From Spirochaetota bacterium (lineage in GTDB: Bacteria > Spirochaetota > UBA6919 > CBDBPB01), in contig CBDBPB010000001.1 of NCBI GenBank assembly GCA_965208615.1, positions 32,001 to 96,000 of the forward strand: 64,000 bases of DNA, in the 5' to 3' direction. The stretch's first letter is position 1. Every line of letters begins with the position of its first letter. The notes under the pieces are model-generated. The model was not told where the DNA came from and did no database searches. It worked only from the letters and a program-made list of their open reading frames with translations. Positions 19,434 to 30,801 of the stretch are shown here, in pieces. Made by a program: the position numbers and the translations under genes.

Positions 19434-19931
19434 ATGGCTAAAGTAACTCTTAAGGGTAACCCTATTAATACCAATGGTAATCTTCCTCAAAAAGGAGAAC
19501 AGGCTCCAGATTTTAAACTGGTTACCAACGATTTGCAGGATGTATCACTAAGTGATTTTAAAGGAAAGAAAAAACTATTAAATATAGTTCCAAGCCTTGA
19601 TACCCCTGTTTGTTCTGCGTCTACTAAAAAGTTTAATCAAAATGCTACTGAAAACAATGCTGTAATACTTGTTATCTCAGCTGATCTACCGTTTGCTCAG
19701 TCAAGATTTTGTGATGCAGAAAATACCAAGAATGTTAAAACTCTATCTATGATGAGAGGAAAGCAATTCGCAAAAGACTACGGTATTTTAATTGTAGATG
19801 GACCTTTAGCAGGCATCTCAGGAAGAGCAATAGTAGTTTTAGACGAAAGTGATAAAGTAGTATATACAGAGTTAGTTCCAGAAATTACACAAGAACCCAA
19901 TTATGAAAAAGCATTAGCCTCTTTAAAATAA
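19434..19931 (+). CDS. tpx: Thiol peroxidase (atypical 2-Cys peroxiredoxin)
   Basis: [27 protein letters not shown]. Confidence 0.96.
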   Translation: MAKVTLKGNPINTNGNLPQKGEQAPDFKLVTNDLQDVSLSDFKGKKKLLNIVPSLDTPVCSASTKKFNQNATENNAVILVISADLPFAQSRFCDAENTKNVKTLSMMRGKQFAKDYGILIVDGPLAGISGRAIVVLDESDKVVYTELVPEITQEPNYEKALASLK

Positions 19932-19940
19932 ATCAAAAGT

Positions 19941-19969
19941 TGAGTGCATAACTTAAGTTTATGTACTCA
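19941..19969. terminator. Hairpin between convergent genes
   Basis: TGAGTGCATAA / TTATGTACTCA stem. Confidence 0.55.
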
Positions 19970-19980
19970 CTATAGATATT

Positions 19981-20637
19981 TTAATCTATATCATTAATAA
20001 TTAGGCGAGTTTCGTCTTGAGATATTACACGACGAATTGCCTCATCATTAAGTTGACCCTTTTTCTGTTTAGTATTTTCAGTATTTTTCTGTTTAGTATT
20101 TTCAGTATTTTTCTGTTTAGTATTTTCAGTATTTTTCTGTTTAGTATTTTCAGTATTTTTCTGTTTAGTATTTTCAGTTTTAACATTATTTGATGACTTA
20201 TTAGCGAGACGTTGTTGAACATTATTTCTTTTTATAGTATTTCTTTTTATTTTGGTCTTATATAGTTTAGTTTTATATAGAGTTGAAGATTTTATACTTT
20301 TGGGTATATTATTGTTTTGAATAGGTTGTTCTTCCTTATTAGTAAGATTATCATTATTAGGAAGGTTATCATTTTTTATAATTATTTGATTATTTTTTTC
20401 ATTATTTAGTTTATCTGTATTTTCTTTGTTTACGACTACGTTATTAGTCTCAATTAATTTTTTAGATTTATTAGAACTTTCACTACTAAGATCGCCTATT
20501 TTATCATAATCATAAGAATAAATATACTCTAAGTAACTACGTATACTAACAATAGATAATATTATAATAGCTAAAAATAGTATTACTCTTTTATAAGGCG
20601 ACCTTTTTTTAATAGGTTTTGTAAAAAGACCACTCAT
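19981..20637 (-). CDS. Membrane-anchored low-complexity protein with 8-aa tandem repeat
   Basis: N-terminal TM, Asn/Lys-rich, (TENTKQKN) about 5 times. Confidence 0.7.
   Translation of the reverse strand: MSGLFTKPIKKRSPYKRVILFLAIIILSIVSIRSYLEYIYSYDYDKIGDLSSESSNKSKKLIETNNVVVNKENTDKLNNEKNNQIIIKNDNLPNNDNLTNKEEQPIQNNNIPKSIKSSTLYKTKLYKTKIKRNTIKRNNVQQRLANKSSNNVKTENTKQKNTENTKQKNTENTKQKNTENTKQKNTENTKQKKGQLNDEAIRRVISQDETRLIINDID
20061..20178. repeat. 24-bp coding VNTR, about 5 copies
   Basis: TTTTCTGTTTAGTATTTTCAGTAT repeated with period 24. Confidence 0.95.
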
Positions 20638-20756
20638 GGCTATACCCTTTTATATATATATTCTAATATCTTTTTAGATAGAAAAGTACTATATTAAATT
20701 TTATTTGTCAAGTAAAATATTAAGTTTTTATACTTTACAAGTAAATTTATGTTTAA

Positions 20757-21791
20757 CTATTTAGATAGCTTAGATAACATATTTTTTGAATGGCTATTCC
20801 ACTTATCGTAATATATAGCTTTTTTATAATACCCTATTGCCTCTTTTTTTTTACCTTTTCTTAAAAAGCACATTGCAACTTTTGTATATGCACTAGGAGA
20901 GGTATTTCGTCTTTGCAGATGAGTTTTATAAAGCTCACATGCTTTATCATAGTTTTTTTTTGCTTCATATATCTGACCCATATTATATGGCAAAAAAGCA
21001 TATATTTGATCACTTTCTGGTCTATGAAGTATCTTACCACTTTTATAAATGCTATTAACCTTTTCAAAGCTTTTTAATGCCTTATCACGTTGATTTTTAT
21101 TACGATACCACTTTCCTACGAGCAAATGTGCCCTTATATTATTAGGCTCTATCTTCAATACCCCTTTATAAACTTCCAGTGCTTCATCTTTATCTCCGCC
21201 TAATATACTAGGGCTCTCATAAAGCACCTCTCCTCTGGTCAAAATAGCATCTATATAGCTACGATTTTTTTCTATTATATTGTCAACTATATCCTTAGAT
21301 TCCTGAAGTTTATTTACGCCGGAAAATAATCCACCTTCTTTTTTTCTTATAAATATCCCTATTCGCCCAGCCGCATAAGACTGCATAAGTAAATACTCTA
21401 AATTATTAGGTTCTTTATTAACTAGCTTGGTAAAGTAGGAATATGCAATATCATAAGGGTCCCTAATATTTGGAATATAGTTATATTCCCCTATAAAAAA
21501 AATGCTTCGTCCGGCATAATACAAATAGTCATTATTATTAGGATATTTATCTGTTAAATATCTAAAAACTCTTTCAGCACTAAGAATATCAAAGTCATAA
21601 TTTAGAAGTTTAAGGCCGTATTTATATAATTCTTTTTCGGATTGGTTAAAGTTGATATCGGCAAGTTTATAGTCAAGTTTTTTTATATATTTATCCAAGG
21701 TTAGCTTGGATAGTTTTTCATCAATTTTAGTAACAGCACAATTTAAAGCATAAAAAGGAATAATTAGCAGAACTACTAATAGTTTTTTCAT
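20757..21791 (-). CDS. TPR-repeat protein, probable lipoprotein
   Basis: Signal ending ALNC; TPR-like helical repeats. Confidence 0.75.
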   Translation of the reverse strand: MKKLLVVLLIIPFYALNCAVTKIDEKLSKLTLDKYIKKLDYKLADINFNQSEKELYKYGLKLLNYDFDILSAERVFRYLTDKYPNNNDYLYYAGRSIFFIGEYNYIPNIRDPYDIAYSYFTKLVNKEPNNLEYLLMQSYAAGRIGIFIRKKEGGLFSGVNKLQESKDIVDNIIEKNRSYIDAILTRGEVLYESPSILGGDKDEALEVYKGVLKIEPNNIRAHLLVGKWYRNKNQRDKALKSFEKVNSIYKSGKILHRPESDQIYAFLPYNMGQIYEAKKNYDKACELYKTHLQRRNTSPSAYTKVAMCFLRKGKKKEAIGYYKKAIYYDKWNSHSKNMLSKLSK

Positions 21792-21892
21792 TTATATTAC
21801 CCTTTTAATACGAACATGACTATATAATAATAACACTTTATTATAAGGCAAAACTTTATTTTAAATTAAGGTTTTTATTATATATTTTAATA

Positions 21893-22480
21893 TTATCCTT
21901 TATATAATGAAAACTCCCAACCTACGCTAATGTATGCTGAACGGTTTTTATTTACTGCTCCTGAAAAGGGATGATTATCATTAGTTAAATCTATTAGCCC
22001 TGCCTCAATAGCAAACTCAAAAATCAATTTTCCACCTTTAACAAAAAAGTAATAGCTTGCTCCAAAAACTATATCTAGGCCAAGTAAATTACTTTGCTCA
22101 GTTACTGTTATACCTTGAGCCTTGCCATACAAAAGAAAACTTGTCTGTACACCAGCAAAAAAGCTAAAATGCTCTATAACCCTAACCCTTAGAGTTACCG
22201 GAATAGATAAATAGCCATAATGATAGTTAAGGCCTCTACCCTTTGTACCTTTCATCTGGAATAATAAACCCGTCTCAAGGCAAAGTGGATCAACAAAATA
22301 AAAACTTAAAGCTATTCCCCCGCCAAAGCCCTCCCTAATACGATTTTGGTCAATACCGCTCATATATGAAAGACCAATTCCAACCTTTGGAGTAATAGCT
22401 AACTCAAAAAAAGCCCCTACAGGACTAGAACATAAAAGTATACTAGCTAATATAATAACACTTTTCATAATAAACCACAC
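21893..22480 (-). CDS. Outer membrane beta-barrel protein (PorT/OMP_b-brl type)
   Basis: Signal peptide, amphipathic strands, YLSIPV motif, C-terminal aromatic strand. Confidence 0.75.
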   Translation of the reverse strand: MWFIMKSVIILASILLCSSPVGAFFELAITPKVGIGLSYMSGIDQNRIREGFGGGIALSFYFVDPLCLETGLLFQMKGTKGRGLNYHYGYLSIPVTLRVRVIEHFSFFAGVQTSFLLYGKAQGITVTEQSNLLGLDIVFGASYYFFVKGGKLIFEFAIEAGLIDLTNDNHPFSGAVNKNRSAYISVGWEFSLYKG

Positions 22481-22494
22481 CTAAAAAAATAGCC

Positions 22495-24315
22495 CTAGCT
22501 CGCCGTACTCAAAAAGTCCTGTCTAAACTGTAGATTATATAGCTTTCTATAAAGCCCCTTACACTTTAGTAGCTCATCATGGGAGCCTTGTTCCTTTATC
22601 CTACCGCGATGTAATACTATTATCTTGTCCACATGCTTTATGGTAGAGAGTCTATGAGCAATTATTATGGCAGTACGACCCTTAACTAGCTCCTTAATAT
22701 TTTGCTGTATAATTCTCTCTGTTTGTAAATCAATGTTTGACGTTGCCTCATCAAATATAACAATCTTTGAGTCGTGAACTAAAGCCCTTGCAAAAGCTAA
22801 AAGCTGTTTTTGACCAAAAGATAAACCAACACCACGTTCCCCTAACTCAGTATCATATTTATCACTTAGCCTCTGTATAAATGAATGGCTGTGAGCCTGT
22901 TTAGCAGAGTTTATAAGCTTGTCATCAGTTATGGATGAATCAAACAGCCTAATATTATCCTTTATTGTGCCTGAAAATATAAACACATCCTGAAGTACAG
23001 ACGAAATAGCATTACGTAAACTATTCTTACTTAAATTCTTAATATTTATACCGTCAATAAGAATCTCGCCATGTTCTATGTCATACAGCCTATTAATCAA
23101 GTTTATTATTGTTGACTTACCACTACCCGTTAAACCAACTAATGCAACTTTTTCCCCTTTCTTTATTTTAAAGGATATATTGGTCAAAACTGGATTAGAC
23201 TTATTATAGCTAAAGGATACATTTTTAAACTCCAGCTCACCCTCAAAATCGTTTTTTATAATAGGATTATCGCTTTCGGGTATATGTTCTTTAGTATCCA
23301 GTAATGAGAATATCCTCTCAGAGGATGCCATAGCCGCCTGCAAAACATTATATTGATCACTTAATTCTCTCATAGGCCTAAAGAATATTGGAGAATATAA
23401 TAAAAAGGCTATCACATTAGATAAGGCACTCTCTCCAGTATATACCCAATAACCGCCAAAAACTATCAAAGATACCCTGGATACAATACTAAAGGACTCC
23501 ACAGCAGGAAAGTATATAGAAAATATCTTAACAGTATTAAGATATTCTAAAAAGTATTTTTTGTGTAATCTCCTAAACACTCTAAATACCTTATTTTCCT
23601 TATTAAAAACTTGTACAGTCTTAATACCCTCAATAGTAGAGCGTAAAAAACCATTCATCTCGCTTAGCTTTATCCTTATTAACAAAAATGACTTTCGTGC
23701 ATACTTTTTAAATATACGCATTCCGATGTATAGCAAAGGAAATAAACATAAACTCACTAAGGCTAATTTAACATCCAATAAAAAAAATATAACAAATATG
23801 CTTATAATTAAAAAGCTATCCCCCAGGATGGTAGGTAAGCCTGTAACAAGTAGCTCATTTAAGGTTTGAACATCATAAACAACTCTTGTTACCAGTTGTC
23901 CCCCTTTACTTTTATCAAAAAAGGATAATGACTGATTCATTGTATGAGAAAAGAGTTTATGACGTAGATCCCTCATAATCCTTTGACCAAAATAGTTGGT
24001 AATATATATCTGATAATACATTGTAATAAACTGAGCAAATAACATTAGTATTAAAAAAATACTAATATCGGTTAAGGAGATACTATCCGCTCCCACAATA
24101 AGAGTTATAGATTCGAGCTGATCTTTGGCATTATTTATAATATCTATGCCGTATTTCACTCCAAGGGGTATTAGGGATGTAATACCCTTAGCTAATAGTA
24201 AAATAACTATAGACAAAGCTAACTTGTATTTGTATGGTGAGATTAGAATCCATAGCTGATAAAATAACTTTACATCAACTTTTTTAGACTCAGAAGTAAT
24301 CTTGCTAGACGGCAT
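22495..24315 (-). CDS. ABC exporter, fused permease/ATPase
   Basis: TMD plus GLTGSGKST, LSFGQKQ, FDEATS, IAHRLST. Confidence 0.95.
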   Translation of the reverse strand: MPSSKITSESKKVDVKLFYQLWILISPYKYKLALSIVILLLAKGITSLIPLGVKYGIDIINNAKDQLESITLIVGADSISLTDISIFLILMLFAQFITMYYQIYITNYFGQRIMRDLRHKLFSHTMNQSLSFFDKSKGGQLVTRVVYDVQTLNELLVTGLPTILGDSFLIISIFVIFFLLDVKLALVSLCLFPLLYIGMRIFKKYARKSFLLIRIKLSEMNGFLRSTIEGIKTVQVFNKENKVFRVFRRLHKKYFLEYLNTVKIFSIYFPAVESFSIVSRVSLIVFGGYWVYTGESALSNVIAFLLYSPIFFRPMRELSDQYNVLQAAMASSERIFSLLDTKEHIPESDNPIIKNDFEGELEFKNVSFSYNKSNPVLTNISFKIKKGEKVALVGLTGSGKSTIINLINRLYDIEHGEILIDGINIKNLSKNSLRNAISSVLQDVFIFSGTIKDNIRLFDSSITDDKLINSAKQAHSHSFIQRLSDKYDTELGERGVGLSFGQKQLLAFARALVHDSKIVIFDEATSNIDLQTERIIQQNIKELVKGRTAIIIAHRLSTIKHVDKIIVLHRGRIKEQGSHDELLKCKGLYRKLYNLQFRQDFLSTAS

Positions 24316-24387
24316 AAATAAAAAATAATGATAACTTAAAGAAAAATCAATGGACTAATACATTTAAACTTCGATAAAATCCAAACT

Positions 24388-24972
24388 TTAATGACTAAAC
24401 TTATGACTTAGACTAATATTATCATTAATAACTATAATTATAGACTTAATATTATGATCCATAGTAAACCTAAACGAATACAAAAGAATACTATTATATT
24501 TACTAAGCTCTTGTTCAGCAGATAATATCTTATTATCCAAAAGCTCTTTTTTAGATTCTTCGTACAACTTATAAATCTGAATAGAATAAGCCTTAGCCAG
24601 CTTAATAGGCTTTTTAGTCGTATTCTCTACGTATATAATAATTTCCTTATCCCTATTATTATGGGACACTAACCTAAAATAATACTTTATACCAAGCTTA
24701 TCAACAAAAGCATTATCTAGTTTATCCTTTTGACTCCAAAAGAAATAGCCCAGTATTCCAAGGATAAGAAAAATATCTAAAACATATATAATCCTACGTC
24801 TTACAGTACGCCTATGCTTAAGATTCTCCGAACGCTCTTCTTTTATAACCTGCCTATCTATATTATACCTTCTCTCACCGTGCCTATAATGGAATACCAT
24901 TCGCTTATCAGGATTTTCGTACTCTTCTTTTTCTAGGACTTCAGGTTTTCTCATAAAGTAAAAATCTTTCAC
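24388..24972 (-). CDS. Hypothetical single-TM protein
   Basis: 194-aa ORF within an operon; one hydrophobic segment. Confidence 0.6.
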   Translation of the reverse strand: MKDFYFMRKPEVLEKEEYENPDKRMVFHYRHGERRYNIDRQVIKEERSENLKHRRTVRRRIIYVLDIFLILGILGYFFWSQKDKLDNAFVDKLGIKYYFRLVSHNNRDKEIIIYVENTTKKPIKLAKAYSIQIYKLYEESKKELLDNKILSAEQELSKYNSILLYSFRFTMDHNIKSIIIVINDNISLSHKFSH

Positions 24973-24977
24973 TATAC

Positions 24978-26543
24978 TTACCTCTCATCAAAGTACATAA
25001 CCCCTCTGAATGCCTTATTAAGATTAGATATAAGATCAGAAGCGATAACCACAGGTGATGTATATAAAGTTTTTGCGTGATCTCCTGCTAATCCGTGAAT
25101 AAATATAGATATTACAGCACTATCTAAAATAGCTAGTCCCTGAGCCATAAAACTACCAACAATACCAGATAATACATCCCCAGTTCCGCCGGATGCCATG
25201 GACTCATTACCCGTAGTATTAAAGAAAAACCTGCCGTCATAATGAAATACAAGGCTGACCGCACTTTTTAACACAAGAGTAATACCATATTCCTTAGCAA
25301 AGTTCCTTGATATATTAAGCTTATGACTAATTAGCTCAGACTTATCCGCGTTAATAAGCCTTGCCATCTCCTTAATATGTGGAGTTAAAATAATAGATGC
25401 CTTTTTTTCTTTTAAAATATAGATATTCCTAGACAATAAATTAAGCCCATCGGCATCTATTAATAAAGTTCCTTCATAGTCTTTGATCAGCATACTAAGC
25501 ACTTCTTCGCAAGATGAACTTAAACCAATACCAGGTCCAAAAACTATAGAGTTATAGTCAGATAGGCTATTCCTAAGTATATCAACAGCCTCATAAGATA
25601 TACTACCATCTAACTCGGGTAATTCCTTAATAATGGCCTCTGGGAAATAGCCACGCAAAACATTACAAACAGATGGAATAGATGCCAGTGTAACTAAACC
25701 GCATCCACTCCTAAGAGCGGCCATACAAGCTAAAATAACTGCACCAGTATACTGCCTACTACCGCCAATAACCAAAAGATGGCCGTAAGTCCCTTTATGA
25801 GAATTACTATTACGAATAGGCAAAAGACTATTAACCATATTATGAGTTATTATATGTCCCTTTATTCTATGGTGGTTTAAAAGGCTGTTAGGAAAACCAA
25901 TATCCACTATATTAAGCTCACCTACATAATCCTTGCCCGGAAAATCAACCATACCAACCTTTGGTAACCCCACAGTAATAGTCGTATCAGCCCTTACTAT
26001 ATTCTCATTCTGACTATCCTCTATAGTCAATAATCCAGAAGGCACATCAACAGAGATAACACAGCCCAATCTATTATTTATATCCCTAAAAACCTTAGTA
26101 TAAAACCCTCTCACCTCTCCCTTAAGACCAGTTCCAAAAATGGAGTCAATAATAAAATCAGAAGATAATACATCCCTTTTAACCGAGTTCCAATCATTAT
26201 CATCTTTAATAAAAGATATAGGAATACCAAGCTTATCCGCAATATTTAAGTTAGTTAGTGGATCATCCTTAAACTTAGCCTTCTGACTAACTATATAAAC
26301 TTTTACTGGAATATCGTGTATAAAAAAGTAACGAGCAATTACAAGTCCGTCTCCACCATTATTACCAGCTCCCACTAAAACGCTTATAGAGCTATTTTTC
26401 TCTTTTATTATGGAGTAATTCTCTAATATCTTTAATGATATAGCTATACCGGCATTCTCCATCAACAAAATAGAAGGAAAACCATAATTTATAGATGTTT
26501 CACTGTCTATTTTCTCCATTTCATCTTTGTTAACTAATTTCAT
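24978..26543 (-). CDS. nnr: Bifunctional NAD(P)H-hydrate epimerase/dehydratase (YjeF)
   Basis: LMENAG, GNNGGDG, SHKGTYG, DADGLN, LTPH..EM.RL, GGTGDVL. Confidence 0.95.
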   Translation of the reverse strand: MKLVNKDEMEKIDSETSINYGFPSILLMENAGIAISLKILENYSIIKEKNSSISVLVGAGNNGGDGLVIARYFFIHDIPVKVYIVSQKAKFKDDPLTNLNIADKLGIPISFIKDDNDWNSVKRDVLSSDFIIDSIFGTGLKGEVRGFYTKVFRDINNRLGCVISVDVPSGLLTIEDSQNENIVRADTTITVGLPKVGMVDFPGKDYVGELNIVDIGFPNSLLNHHRIKGHIITHNMVNSLLPIRNSNSHKGTYGHLLVIGGSRQYTGAVILACMAALRSGCGLVTLASIPSVCNVLRGYFPEAIIKELPELDGSISYEAVDILRNSLSDYNSIVFGPGIGLSSSCEEVLSMLIKDYEGTLLIDADGLNLLSRNIYILKEKKASIILTPHIKEMARLINADKSELISHKLNISRNFAKEYGITLVLKSAVSLVFHYDGRFFFNTTGNESMASGGTGDVLSGIVGSFMAQGLAILDSAVISIFIHGLAGDHAKTLYTSPVVIASDLISNLNKAFRGVMYFDER

Positions 26544-26569
26544 AAAATTAACCTGATTAATATATTACT

Positions 26570-27814
26570 CTAATTATATATGTGAACCTGCATATTATCA
26601 TCCAATTGGGAAAAAACTATTATTTTTTCATCATTCGTCAAAGTAAACCAATTATAATTATTAATAAGCTGTCCTTTGAGTTTCAATGACCTACCCTCTA
26701 TACTAGAGCCACTATTATTTAGTACTTTAAACTGATAAATAAAATTATTACCTTTTTCTTTTTGACCAGTAAAAGGAGGCATAAGATATATACTATCTTT
26801 TTGAGCTACTCCCAATAATAAATAACGCTTTTCTTTATCATCGAGTCTCCTTAGCTCATAAGCCTTAAGATCATTAATATTAAATAAATACAGCTTTTTA
26901 AAATCGTAGTCATACTTTACACCTAGTCTGCTTATCTGTTTTTTATAATACCTTACCATGATTAACAGCTTTTCAGAAAAAGGAGTTATTTCAATATTTT
27001 CAATTATGCTAATATAGTTTTTCTCTTTTGGTATATACTGGTTGATATTTCTTTTATATAAGCTCCTCTCTCCGGATGAGTTAAACCTATATAGATGATA
27101 ACTACTATCAGCAAACCTTTTATTTGGCGCATTACTAATATCATCTTTTAAAATTAAGTAAAGGTTATTATGCTTATCAGAATAGAACTTCTTTATTATG
27201 TTATTTTTAGTAAATGGATCAGTTTTTATCCCCTGTTTACCTATTGTATATAAATACTTTCCATTTTTGTCAAACTTTATAATAGTCCTGGAGTAAGGAC
27301 TATATAAATCTATCCTTGTGTTATCAGTATCCTTTACTTTGGGATCGTTTTTATTTAATCCCTTTATTTTATCCTTTTTATTATCCTCCTTTTTTTCTTT
27401 TGGTAAAAAAAGATTTATAACATAAATATTTTCATTTTCATCCACCGTAAACCTTAAGATATGGTTAAAATTAAACTTACTAAAACCTGCTTTTATAGGT
27501 ACTGTATTTACTTTTCCAACAAGATTCACTTTTAATAATGAATCACGAGAGCCAATAGATAAGACTTGATGTCCTAGTCTATTTATTTTTATTATTCGCT
27601 TATCCTCTGCGTTAGAACTTAAATAAAAATAATCGTTTTTAAAATAAATTGGCTCACTATAAAACATATAAGGATTAGGTGTTTTGCTATGAGCTAAAGA
27701 AACAGCTTTTAAAGGAAACTCATATACTTTAGAAGCTTTTCCTAAAACCTTTACGTCATATTCGCATCCCAAAAAGAGAATAATAAAACCAATAAAAATT
27801 AATTTTTTATTCAT
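26570..27814 (-). CDS. Lipoprotein, probable NHL-like beta-propeller
   Basis: Lipobox FLGC; IIKFDKNGKYLYTIGKQG NHL-like segment. Confidence 0.6.
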   Translation of the reverse strand: MNKKLIFIGFIILFLGCEYDVKVLGKASKVYEFPLKAVSLAHSKTPNPYMFYSEPIYFKNDYFYLSSNAEDKRIIKINRLGHQVLSIGSRDSLLKVNLVGKVNTVPIKAGFSKFNFNHILRFTVDENENIYVINLFLPKEKKEDNKKDKIKGLNKNDPKVKDTDNTRIDLYSPYSRTIIKFDKNGKYLYTIGKQGIKTDPFTKNNIIKKFYSDKHNNLYLILKDDISNAPNKRFADSSYHLYRFNSSGERSLYKRNINQYIPKEKNYISIIENIEITPFSEKLLIMVRYYKKQISRLGVKYDYDFKKLYLFNINDLKAYELRRLDDKEKRYLLLGVAQKDSIYLMPPFTGQKEKGNNFIYQFKVLNNSGSSIEGRSLKLKGQLINNYNWFTLTNDEKIIVFSQLDDNMQVHIYN

Positions 27815-27920
27815 AACTTATCCTTATTTGTACTCCCTTAATTCTATTAAATGTATTAAAATATTAAAAAGATTGACAGGTATAAACAATAAATCAATAA
27901 TTTTTGGTTTTACTAATAAA

Positions 27921-28757
27921 CTAGGTTATCCGCTTAAACAAAAACTCATTACATCCAGTCTCATTAGGCGATACAAGCCTTTGCTTTGTACACCTAAACC
28001 CTAACTTTTCAATAAAATTAATTATCTCATTAGGTGTTGCATATTCATAAGGATAACCACCAAGCCAATCAATTACATCATAATAAAAACTCATCCCTCG
28101 TAATGCAGACCTATTATCATGCCCTTTTTTTATAAAAGACTTATATCTAAATATAAAAAAAGCCGAGTAGTAAAGCCATATAAGACCAGCCTTAACTAAC
28201 TTTGGACTTATATTATAAAACTTTTTAATCTTTAACCATAAATTAGACGATGGAAAACTATTAACCTTATTATAAATCGCAATATAAAAAAACCCATCCT
28301 TTTTAACTAATGAAGATGCATTATTAATTGCCTTATACATATTACCAGTATGGTGTAAAACTCCCCATGAATAAACAATATCAGAAGGACTAAGCCCAGC
28401 CTTAAAACTATAATCCAATATGGATAAGGTCTTAATATCCCAGTTAGAAGGCTTTTTAGCCTTATTTCTTAATATATTACAGCATTCAATAGAGCTTTTA
28501 TCAATGTCAATACTAATAACCTCTTTAGCCCCTAAAAGATATGCCGAATAAGAGAATAAACCACTACCACAACCAATATCCAAAAATGATAGGCCATTAA
28601 AACTATCCAAACCTAAAAAACTACATAGAGACTCTTTAGCTCTATCCACCTTTTCACTAGACAAAGTCTTAAGAAAAGCCTGCCAGTTCTTACCAAAACT
28701 AAAAGACTTATTATTTTGATATACATCTTCATATAAAACATTATTTTTATTAGCCAT
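27921..28757 (-). CDS. Class I SAM-dependent methyltransferase
   Basis: LDIGCGSG and YSWGVLHHTG. Confidence 0.9.
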   Translation of the reverse strand: MANKNNVLYEDVYQNNKSFSFGKNWQAFLKTLSSEKVDRAKESLCSFLGLDSFNGLSFLDIGCGSGLFSYSAYLLGAKEVISIDIDKSSIECCNILRNKAKKPSNWDIKTLSILDYSFKAGLSPSDIVYSWGVLHHTGNMYKAINNASSLVKKDGFFYIAIYNKVNSFPSSNLWLKIKKFYNISPKLVKAGLIWLYYSAFFIFRYKSFIKKGHDNRSALRGMSFYYDVIDWLGGYPYEYATPNEIINFIEKLGFRCTKQRLVSPNETGCNEFLFKRIT

Positions 28758-28797
28758 GATTATATTCCAGCCTTAAATCTATTCACTAAACTATACT

Positions 28798-29598
28798 CTA
28801 ATATACTATATCTTTTATTATATGCCTACCAACTTTATCTATCCTAGCCCACAAGGATAGCTTTGCTTTAACATCAATGTTTATATTTTTATGTTTAACA
28901 CTATTATTAAGCTTAGCTATATCAGGATTATCTTTAATCCATCTAATAACGTTATCCAAAGGTAATACCCCACCCCAAAGATCGTTGTATATTCTTTTAC
29001 AAAGGTCATAATCAATTTGCTCATCAACGGTCAAGCGTATGTCAGCCCTAAACTTAGAGGGTACTAAAACCTCTACTATCCTAAATAAATGAGGATTATT
29101 AGATATAAATAAACTAGCCACATGTTCTTTATCCTCTTTAGTGTTAGTCAGGTTATACGCCCTATAAAATGCCCTCTTAGACATTACAAACTGCCCATCC
29201 AGCATAGAGCCAGCATCACTCCATACTAAATCGCCATCAAAGCTCTTTAAGGCTATAATTTGTTCATCAATGAAGTCAGCACTAACAAAAGGCGAATCAC
29301 CAGTTACCCTAACAACATAATCATATTGAGGATTACGGTCAATAATATTTTTAAACCTGCTAAAAACATCATCCAAACTACCCCTATAATAACTAATATT
29401 AGCCTTTTCTAAAAAGCTAACCAGAGGATCATCACTAACATCCAAAGAAGTGGCAACAATAATCTTCTTTAGCAACTTAGACAAAGTTAACCTTTTATGG
29501 ATATGCCATATAATAGGCTTATTGACAATGGGTAGTAAAACCTTAGATGGGAGCCTGGTTGAGGATAGTCTCGCCTGTATTATAGCAATAGCATCCAA
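28798..29598 (-). CDS. SpsF-like cytidylyltransferase family protein
   Basis: IIQARLSSTRLPSKVL, RGSLDDV, RVTGDSP, RLTVD; TTG start. Confidence 0.88.
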   Translation of the reverse strand: MDAIAIIQARLSSTRLPSKVLLPIVNKPIIWHIHKRLTLSKLLKKIIVATSLDVSDDPLVSFLEKANISYYRGSLDDVFSRFKNIIDRNPQYDYVVRVTGDSPFVSADFIDEQIIALKSFDGDLVWSDAGSMLDGQFVMSKRAFYRAYNLTNTKEDKEHVASLFISNNPHLFRIVEVLVPSKFRADIRLTVDEQIDYDLCKRIYNDLWGGVLPLDNVIRWIKDNPDIAKLNNSVKHKNINIDVKAKLSLWARIDKVGRHIIKDIVY

Positions 29599-29613
29599 AA
29601 TATAATAACTCTA

Positions 29614-30449
29614 TTAGTCTTTTAAAAAACTATTATTAATAAAGGTATAAGTCCTTTTAGCAATTAAATATAGCCACTTATTTTTGGTTAGTAAAACACC
29701 AAAATACCTTTTAAACTTTGTCTCTCTAATAAGCTCTTTTTCTTTTCCAATTAAAACATCACATAAATTCTCTTTATAAACATCTATATGGTTGTTTATT
29801 ATTTGCCTATATAGCCTTAAACGATCACTCTCACCAATAACTGACCTAGAGTCTTTTAGCTTTCTATAATTAAATAGTAGTTCATTAATAGTATGAATAT
29901 GCCATCCATGCTTGGTAACACTAATAAAGAAGTTCCAATCTTCATATTCTGTATCCATATTAGAGTTATATCCCCCAGCTTGCTCCCAACACTTTTTTCT
30001 ATATAAAGAACTACTAGCAGAAGGATGACTTAAAAGAGCCTCTTTTATAGTCCCTCCAGATGGGTACCACTCAAAATATCTATACCCATAAGCCCTAACC
30101 CACATGTAACAATACCAATCTCTGGCTTATTATCCAAAACATAGACTGCCCTATATAAAAAACTAGGTTCAAAGGTATCATCGGCATCCAAGGTTAGAAT
30201 ATATTCACCAACAGCCCTTTTGATAGCAGTATTCCTAGCAACAGATAGTCCCTCATTCTCTTTATTTATAACAAAGGTTTTAGGCTTATCATATTGTTTA
30301 AGCTTATTATTGGTAAGTTCATCAGTTGATCCGTCATTAACAATAATAATCTCAAAATCTTTAAATGTTTGATTTAAAATACTATCAACAGCCTCATCAA
30401 TATACTTTCCGTGATTATAACAGGGTATAATAACCGATACTTTAGGCAA
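29614..30449 (-). pseudogene. GT2 glycosyltransferase, copy A, frameshifted
   Basis: VSVIIPCYN, VNDGSTD, LDADD, EDW; one C missing near 30099 relative to copy B. Confidence 0.8.
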
Positions 30450-30801
30450 ACCTTAACCTCCATAAACTAATTTATAATCTTTTACCATTTGCTAATGAAT
30501 TAAAATGCTTACAATTAGCAATAAGATAGTCATAACTACCCGAACAAATAACCTTTATCAGGTGTATATTTAGCATGGTTAAACCCTGATAACCATATAA
30601 TTCTTAATAAAATAGCGACTACTAAGGTAATCCAAAAAGCTTTATTCCATTTTTTTAAAGTGTAACTTTGTATAATTATTCTTTAAAATGAAATCAACAG
30701 TAACAAAGGATTAATCACCTGTGATCCTAACTATATAATCATCCTCTTGATAAAAGCCCTGCCTGTACTATAGCAATAGTATCCAAAATATAATAACTCT
30801 A

